Positions 58,055 to 64,000 of a stretch of 64,000 bases of DNA are shown here, piece by piece. Made by a program: the position numbers and the translations under genes. The notes beneath the pieces were generated by a model that was given only the letters and a program-made list of their open reading frames with translations, searched no databases and was not told the DNA's origin. Source of the DNA: Planctomycetota bacterium (GTDB lineage Bacteria > Planctomycetota > B15-G4 > JADJEK01); the NCBI GenBank assembly GCA_044225365.1, contig JBGAIQ010000017.1, positions 1-64,000 on the forward strand, read 5' to 3'. Positions within the stretch are counted from its first letter, which is position 1, and every line of letters starts with the position of its first letter.

Positions 58055-59572
58055 TCAGAGGTCGAACTTCACGCCTTGGGCGAGGGGCAACGCCGTTCCG
58101 TAGTTGATCGTGTTGGTCTGGCGCCGCATGTAGGCCTTCCAGCTGTCCGACCCCGATTCCCGACCACCGCCGGTCTCCTTCTCACCGCCGAAGGCCCCGC
58201 CGATCTCCGCACCCGATGTGCCGATGTTGACGTTCGCGATGCCGCAGTCGGATCCCGCCGCCGACAGGAAGAGCTCGGCCCGTCGCAGATCGGTCGTGAA
58301 GATCGCGGAGGACAGACCTTGATCGACGTCGTTCTGTAGTGCGATCGCCTCGTGCACGTCCTTCACCTTGAACGTGTACAGAATGGGAGCAAAGGTCTCC
58401 TCGCGCCAGATCGACATCGAAGCATGGGATGCGACGATCGCGGGTTCGACGAAGAATCCCTTGCGTGTGACGCGTTTTCCGCCGACCAGGACCTTGCCGC
58501 CTTGGTGGGTCGCCTTCTCGAGCGCCGCCATCATCTGATCGATCGCGCGTTCGCGGATCAGTGGGCCCATGAGCGTGCCGCTCTCCATGGGATCGCCGAT
58601 CCGGACCGAGCCGTACGCTTTCACGAGCCGTGCGACGAATGCGTCGTGGATCTTTTCGTGGATCAGCAGACGGCGCGTCGTCGTGCACCGTTGACCCGCC
58701 GTTCCGACCGCGCCGAAAGCGACGGCCCGCAATGCGAGATCGAGATCGGCGTCCTCCATGAGCAGGATCGCGTTGTTGCCACCGAGCTCGAGCAGCGTGC
58801 GGCCGAGCCGGCCGTGCACCACCGAGGCGACGCGCTTGCCCATGCGGCAACTGCCGGTCGCGGAGACCAGCGGGATGCGCTTGTCCTGCGCCATCGCTTC
58901 GCCGAGGGATGCGCCCCCGAGAGCGAGATTGAAGACGCCCGCGATGTCGTGGCGCTTCACGATCGGCTCGATGATCTTGTGCACCGCGAGGGCGGTGAGG
59001 GGCGTCAATTCGGACGGCTTCCAGATCATCACGTCGCCGCACACGGCTGCGAGCATCGCGTTCCAGGCCCACACCGCGACCGGGAAGTTGAACGCCGTGA
59101 TGATCGACACGATTCCGAGCGGATGCCACTGTTCGTACATCCGATGCATCGAGCGTTCGCTGTGCATCGAGAGTCCGTAGAGTTGGCGTGACAGGCCGAC
59201 CGCGAAGTCGGCGATGTCGATCATCTCCTGGACCTCGCCTTCGCCCTCCGACAGGACCTTTCCGACTTCCAGCGAGACCAACTTGCCGAGGGCGCTCTTC
59301 TTCTCGCGCAGGGCGTCGCCGATCTGCCGCACGATCTCGCCGCGCTTCGGCGCCGGCAGGAGCCGCCACTTCAGGAACGCCTGCTCCGCGCCTTTCATGA
59401 GGCGCTCGTACGTGGCCGCGTCGCAGTCGCGGATCCTCGTGAGCGAGCTGCCCGTGGAGGGGTCGACGGATTCGGAGAACGTCTCGCCGCGCGTCTCGTA
59501 GGAGTTCATCCCGTCGTGCGCCGCGAAGGTGAGGTCTCCGAGTCCGAGTTCGGTCAGCACGGGATGAGTCAT
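58055..59572 (-). CDS. Aldehyde dehydrogenase, ALDH7/piperideine-6-carboxylate dehydrogenase type
   Basis: GEVQEMIDIADFAVGLSRQLYG, LELGGNNA, GQRCTT, EETFAP and GGRESGSDSWKAY. Confidence 0.92.
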   Translation of the reverse strand: MTHPVLTELGLGDLTFAAHDGMNSYETRGETFSESVDPSTGSSLTRIRDCDAATYERLMKGAEQAFLKWRLLPAPKRGEIVRQIGDALREKKSALGKLVSLEVGKVLSEGEGEVQEMIDIADFAVGLSRQLYGLSMHSERSMHRMYEQWHPLGIVSIITAFNFPVAVWAWNAMLAAVCGDVMIWKPSELTPLTALAVHKIIEPIVKRHDIAGVFNLALGGASLGEAMAQDKRIPLVSATGSCRMGKRVASVVHGRLGRTLLELGGNNAILLMEDADLDLALRAVAFGAVGTAGQRCTTTRRLLIHEKIHDAFVARLVKAYGSVRIGDPMESGTLMGPLIRERAIDQMMAALEKATHQGGKVLVGGKRVTRKGFFVEPAIVASHASMSIWREETFAPILYTFKVKDVHEAIALQNDVDQGLSSAIFTTDLRRAELFLSAAGSDCGIANVNIGTSGAEIGGAFGGEKETGGGRESGSDSWKAYMRRQTNTINYGTALPLAQGVKFDL

Positions 59573-59923
59573 GGTCGTTCCGTTGTAGGCGATTCGTGCC
59601 CGGTGTTCGTCCGCGACGGATCTCTCGCGCGACGGAGCAAGAGACTCTCGCAGGAATTCGCCCGTCAATCAATCCAATTGGGGTAGGGCAAGTGGGGATG
59701 GCGTTGGACTCGCGACACGGTACGATGACCTCGCCGGAGCCGCGGCGCAGAGAACCTTCCCTCCAAGAAAGGGATTGCCTCGAACGCAGCGCGATCGACA
59801 GCACGAGTCGGTTGCATTCCTTCTTCCTTTCCACGGAACGCGAAGAAGGCCCCTGTCGGGAAGGCACGCGACGCAGCTCCGGCCCCTTCTCGTTCGCATC
59901 ATCGATGAATCGCGGGATCGAGC

Positions 59924-61348
59924 ATGACGCTCTCGCGTCGGGCCCTCAGCAGCGCCGTTCTCCAGATCGCGGCGCGGTTGTGCTCCGCCGTCGTTTCGTT
60001 CGTCATCACGGCCGTCGCGCTCGCGAGGGTCCTGCCGCCGACCGAGTACGGTCGCTGCAGCTTCTACCTCACGCTCTTCCTCCTCGTCCTCCAGCTCGTC
60101 GACTTCGGAGCGAACCGAGCCGCGATCCGCATGATCGCGAGCAAGGAGATCGCGACGGGGCCCGCATTCCGTGCAGCGTTCGTGCTGCGCACGATCGTGG
60201 GGGTGCTCGCCTTCGGCATGATCGCTTCGATCGTGTTCGCGATGGAAGGCCGCGGGGGATCGCGAGCGCTCCTCCTCATCGCTGCGTCGCACGTCCTCAC
60301 GCACGGCTTCGGTGCCGGGTCGATCCCGTTCGAATCCGAGGTCGATTTCAAGATGCCTTCGCTCTCGGTCGTCGCGGGTTGTCTCGTGTTCCTCGTCGTC
60401 GGTCTCCTTCTCGCGGCCAAGAAGGTGGCGACCGCGGAGCCGTACCTGATCGCGTACGGCGCGGGATTCCTGGTCCAGAATGGTTGGATCTACCTCGCGG
60501 CGCGAGGGCGGCTCCGCGGAGATGCGCAGCGAGTCGATCGCACGTTTCTCGCGCGGTTGTTCCGCGAGGCGCTCCCACTCGGTCTCTCCGCGATCTCGAT
60601 CGCGATCTACTACTACTGCGATACGCTCCTCCTGCGACCGCTGCGCGGCGAGGCCGACGTCGCCGCGTACTCCGTGGCCTATCGTCTGATGTCGTTCGCT
60701 CTCATGGTTCCGGTGCTCGTCTCGCAGGTCTTGTTCCCGGTGTTCGCGCGGTGCGCGGGAGCTGCGCCGGAGATCCTCGGGAAGGCGGTCCGGCGCGCAA
60801 CGTTCTACATGGCTTATGGCGCCGCGGCTGTTTCCGCCGTTCTCTTCGTCCTGGCCGAGCCGATGCTCGGATTCGTATACGGCGAGGCCTATCGCGGCTC
60901 CGCTCCCGTCCTGCGCGTCCTCGGTGTCGCGATCGTGATCGTCTATCTCACTTATCCGCACACGACGGCCCTCATCGCGATCGGGCGCGCGAAGCAGTTC
61001 ACGGCGATCACGGTCGCCTCGGCGGTCCTCAACGTGGCGTTGAACCTGATCGTGCTTCCGCGATTCGGTCCCATCGGCGCTGCCGGGACGACGCTCGTGA
61101 CCGAGGTCTTCGTCTTCGTCTGCGGAGCCTATCTCCTGTGGCGGGCGGCGGGCGTGCATGGACTGCATACGGGACTCCTGCCCGCGCTCGTCGTGTTCGG
61201 CGCGAGCTTCGTCGCGATGACGCTGCTCGCGTCGCACTGGCCGTTCCTCGCACTCCTCGGGGTCGGCGTGATCGTTCCCGTCCTCCTTCTCGTGCCCCTG
61301 CGCGCGTGGCCGTTCGATCTGCGCGTCGAGGAAGGAGACCTCGCTTGA
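59924..61348 (+). CDS. Wzx-like oligosaccharide flippase
   Basis: 12-14 TM segments with the typical ARVL..EYG and LNVALNLIVLPRFG..GAA patterns. Confidence 0.85.
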   Translation: MTLSRRALSSAVLQIAARLCSAVVSFVITAVALARVLPPTEYGRCSFYLTLFLLVLQLVDFGANRAAIRMIASKEIATGPAFRAAFVLRTIVGVLAFGMIASIVFAMEGRGGSRALLLIAASHVLTHGFGAGSIPFESEVDFKMPSLSVVAGCLVFLVVGLLLAAKKVATAEPYLIAYGAGFLVQNGWIYLAARGRLRGDAQRVDRTFLARLFREALPLGLSAISIAIYYYCDTLLLRPLRGEADVAAYSVAYRLMSFALMVPVLVSQVLFPVFARCAGAAPEILGKAVRRATFYMAYGAAAVSAVLFVLAEPMLGFVYGEAYRGSAPVLRVLGVAIVIVYLTYPHTTALIAIGRAKQFTAITVASAVLNVALNLIVLPRFGPIGAAGTTLVTEVFVFVCGAYLLWRAAGVHGLHTGLLPALVVFGASFVAMTLLASHWPFLALLGVGVIVPVLLLVPLRAWPFDLRVEEGDLA

Positions 61349-62505
61349 GGATCGGGATCGACTTCCGCCCCGCGATGTTCACGCGAACCGGTTTCGGCCG
61401 CTACGTGCTCGAACTCGCGCGCGCGCTCGGAGAACACGAATTCGCGGGGCACGAGATCAAGTTGTTCGGGGACGCATGGCGTCGGTTCGAGTACGAGCAA
61501 CGAGTGCGCGAGGTGATCGAAGGATCGCGAGCGCGATTGTTTCGCGCGCGATTCCCGGGCCGTCTGCTCGAACTGCTGGCGCGCGTCGGATACAGCGTCG
61601 AATCGCGACTCTCCGGTATCGACGTCTTCCACTACACCGACTTCGTGTTCCCGCCGGTGAAGCGCGCGGCGGTCGTGACCTCGATCCACGACGTCTCGTT
61701 CGAGGTGGACACCGCGTACCACGGACCCGAGTTCCAGCGGCACGTGCGCCCGCGCGTCGAGCGAGTCCTCGCGCGAGCGCATGCGGTCATCGTGCCGGGC
61801 GACGAGACGCGGCAGCGGCTCGCGATGCATTACGGATTCGATCCATCACGCGTCCACGTGGTGCCCTACGGTTCGGAGCACCTCCTCGCGATCCCACCGC
61901 GCGAGCAACTCGCGGACGCGCGACTTACTCGCCTTCGAATCGCGGCGCCGTTCATCCTGTGCGTGGGCACCATCGAACCTCGGAAGAATCACGCGCGCCT
62001 CCTGCGCGCCTTCCAGACCTTGTTGCGAACGATTCCGCATCATCTCGTCGTCGTGGGAGGATTCGGTTGGTTGTGCGACGACGTCCGCACGGAACTCGCC
62101 GCGCTCTCCGGATCGAAACGGGTCCACGTGATCGAGGATTGCGAGGATGGCGAACTGCGCGCGCTCTACGCGCGCTGCGAGTTCGCGGTGTACCCGTCGC
62201 TCTACGAGGGATTCGGATTCCCCGCGGTCGAAGCGCTCGCGCTCGGCGTACCGCTCGTCACGACGCGCGGTGGCTCGCTCGGCGAAGTAGTGGGGGACGC
62301 CGCCGAATTCTGTGACCCACTCGACGAGCGATCGATCGCGGAGGCGATGCTTCGCGTTGCGACGTCGCCGGAGCGTCGAGACACGGCGAAGCGTCGCGGC
62401 CTCGCGCGAGCGGCCGAGTTGTCGTGGGCGATCAGTGCTCGCGGTCACCTGCGCGCGTACCGCGCCGCCATCGAACGCTGTGATTCGGGCGACGGGTCTC
62501 GATAG
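61345..62505 (+). CDS. Glycosyltransferase family 4
   Basis: TTGA overlap with the flippase; VGTIEPRKN and YPSLYEGFGFPAVEA. Confidence 0.9.
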   Translation: MRIGIDFRPAMFTRTGFGRYVLELARALGEHEFAGHEIKLFGDAWRRFEYEQRVREVIEGSRARLFRARFPGRLLELLARVGYSVESRLSGIDVFHYTDFVFPPVKRAAVVTSIHDVSFEVDTAYHGPEFQRHVRPRVERVLARAHAVIVPGDETRQRLAMHYGFDPSRVHVVPYGSEHLLAIPPREQLADARLTRLRIAAPFILCVGTIEPRKNHARLLRAFQTLLRTIPHHLVVVGGFGWLCDDVRTELAALSGSKRVHVIEDCEDGELRALYARCEFAVYPSLYEGFGFPAVEALALGVPLVTTRGGSLGEVVGDAAEFCDPLDERSIAEAMLRVATSPERRDTAKRRGLARAAELSWAISARGHLRAYRAAIERCDSGDGSR

Positions 62506-62550
62506 AAACGATTTCGGGACGCCGCGCAATGGTGGCTTCGAGCCGATAAG

Positions 62551-63729
62551 ATGAAGCGCATGCGCATCGCGCTCGACGTCTCGATCCAAGAGACGCCCTA
62601 CGTCACTGGCGTGGAGCGAGTTCAACGGTCGTTGATCGAAGCTCTCGCGGCGTACGACCGCGAGAACGAGTATCTGCTCGTCAGCAAGAAGCCGGTCGCG
62701 TTCGGCACGCCGCTTCCCGCTCGCTGGCGGTCCGTGCCCCTGGTGAAGCAGGGTTCGCCCTACCTGTGGCGCGAGCGCTACGTGCCCACGATCCTCGATC
62801 GCGAGAAGATCGACGTCTTCCACTCGCCGGTCTCCGCGACGCCGATCCTCGGTCGCGCGAAGAAGATCGCGACGATCCACGAGCTCCCGTGGGTCGAGCG
62901 CGGCAAGAAGAGCGATGCATCCGAGAGCGCGCCGACCGCGCACCGCGTGTGGTTGTTCCTCAACGTGCGCTACGCCGCGCGGATCGTCTGCGTATCGGAG
63001 CGCACGAAGGAGAACGTTCTTCAGCTCTATCCCGAAGCCGCGCCACGGCTCTGCGTCATCCCGCACGGGATCGATTCCCGGTTCACGCGCCTCGATCCGC
63101 CGCCTCCCCGCAAGGAGATCCTCGCTCGACTCGGGATCGCGGATCGGCCCTTCGTCCTCTTCGTCGGGACGTTGCGTCGCAAGAAGAACCTCCGCCTCCT
63201 CCTCGAGGCCTTCGCCGAGTTCAAGGCGGCCGATCGCAAGAAGTACGCGCTCGTGCTCGCGGGCGTGCGCGGCACGACGTTCGGCGAGATCGAGACTCTC
63301 TTGAACGACCCACGGCTCACCGGGCGCGTCTTCCTGCCGGGCTACGTCGCCGACGACGATCTCGTCGCGTTGTACAACCTCGCGAAATGCGTGGTGTATC
63401 CGTCGCTGTTCGAGGGATTCGGACTGCCGCCGCTCGAAGCGATGGCTTGCGGCGTGCCTGTGATCGCATCGCGAGGCGGTGCGATTCCAGAGATCGTGGG
63501 CGACGCGGCCCTCGACTTCGCTCCGGACGACAAGAAAGCGCTCTCCGATGCGATGCTCTCGATGCTCGAGGACGAAGCGCTCTGCGCGCGATTCGTCGCG
63601 AAGGGGCTGGATCGCGTGAAGGCATTCACCTGGGAGCGCACCGCGAGGCGCTATCTCGAACTGTATCGCGAAGTCGGCGGGGTTGAGGACGGCGTCGCAG
63701 TCTCGAAGGAAATGGCGCACGGGGGATGA
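62551..63729 (+). CDS. Glycosyltransferase family 4
   Basis: VGTLRRKKN and YPSLFEGFGLPPLEAMACG. Confidence 0.92.
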   Translation: MKRMRIALDVSIQETPYVTGVERVQRSLIEALAAYDRENEYLLVSKKPVAFGTPLPARWRSVPLVKQGSPYLWRERYVPTILDREKIDVFHSPVSATPILGRAKKIATIHELPWVERGKKSDASESAPTAHRVWLFLNVRYAARIVCVSERTKENVLQLYPEAAPRLCVIPHGIDSRFTRLDPPPPRKEILARLGIADRPFVLFVGTLRRKKNLRLLLEAFAEFKAADRKKYALVLAGVRGTTFGEIETLLNDPRLTGRVFLPGYVADDDLVALYNLAKCVVYPSLFEGFGLPPLEAMACGVPVIASRGGAIPEIVGDAALDFAPDDKKALSDAMLSMLEDEALCARFVAKGLDRVKAFTWERTARRYLELYREVGGVEDGVAVSKEMAHGG

Positions 63730-64000
63730 AGTTCCTGCTCGACGCGACCGCGATCGATCCGGGCCCGTCCGGAGCGCGAACTCGACTCCTCCATCTCCTC
63801 GCCGAATACGTCCACCTGCCGCGGCGACACGACATCGTCGTGCTCACTCCCAAGGGTCGCGGGCTGACGACCGAACTCGGTGAAGTCGGCGTCGAGTGCG
63901 TCGAGACCGATCCCGCACCACCGCCCTTCCAGCGCTGGAGGAGGGATGCGTCCTACTTCGACGAATGGCTCGAGAGGACCGAATCGGACGCCCTGCAGGC
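63726..64000 (+). CDS. Probable glycosyltransferase, N-terminal part (3'-truncated by the window edge)
   Basis: ATGA overlap; MKFLLDATAIDPGPSGARTRLLHL resembles a GT4 N-terminus; open to the window end. Confidence 0.6.
   Translation, partial: MKFLLDATAIDPGPSGARTRLLHLLAEYVHLPRRHDIVVLTPKGRGLTTELGEVGVECVETDPAPPPFQRWRRDASYFDEWLERTESDALQ

Overview
A high-GC, gene-dense bacterial window, most likely from a Planctomycetota genome. That call is inferred from a DUF1553/DUF1549 cytochrome c plus DUF1501 pair, FG-GAP proteins and an ECF sigma module. There are about 50 genes and no rRNA, tRNA, CRISPR array or intact transposase that I could see. Housekeeping content: ccsA, rbgA, pdxST with a MocR regulator, addAB, an aldehyde dehydrogenase and the start of a polysaccharide locus. 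Most notable observations: (1) A probable unannotated selenoprotein (11682..10408, minus strand). An in-frame UGA in a thioredoxin-like GCT-U motif, followed by a SECIS-like hairpin, joins two apparent ORFs, and the gene is translationally coupled to the DUF1553-DUF1501 operon. (2) A ~1.08 kb palindromic non-coding element (1833..2912) made of four evenly spaced 24-nt REP-like units and two ~375-nt inverted arms whose hairpin shows compensatory changes. (3) An overlapping ECF sigma / membrane anti-sigma / exported CHAT (caspase-like) protease operon. (4) A four-helix-bundle pseudogene enclosed by nested inverted micro-repeats. (5) Two M12 metalloproteases sharing a putative C-terminal sorting domain. 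All family assignments come from motif recognition by eye; no searches were run.
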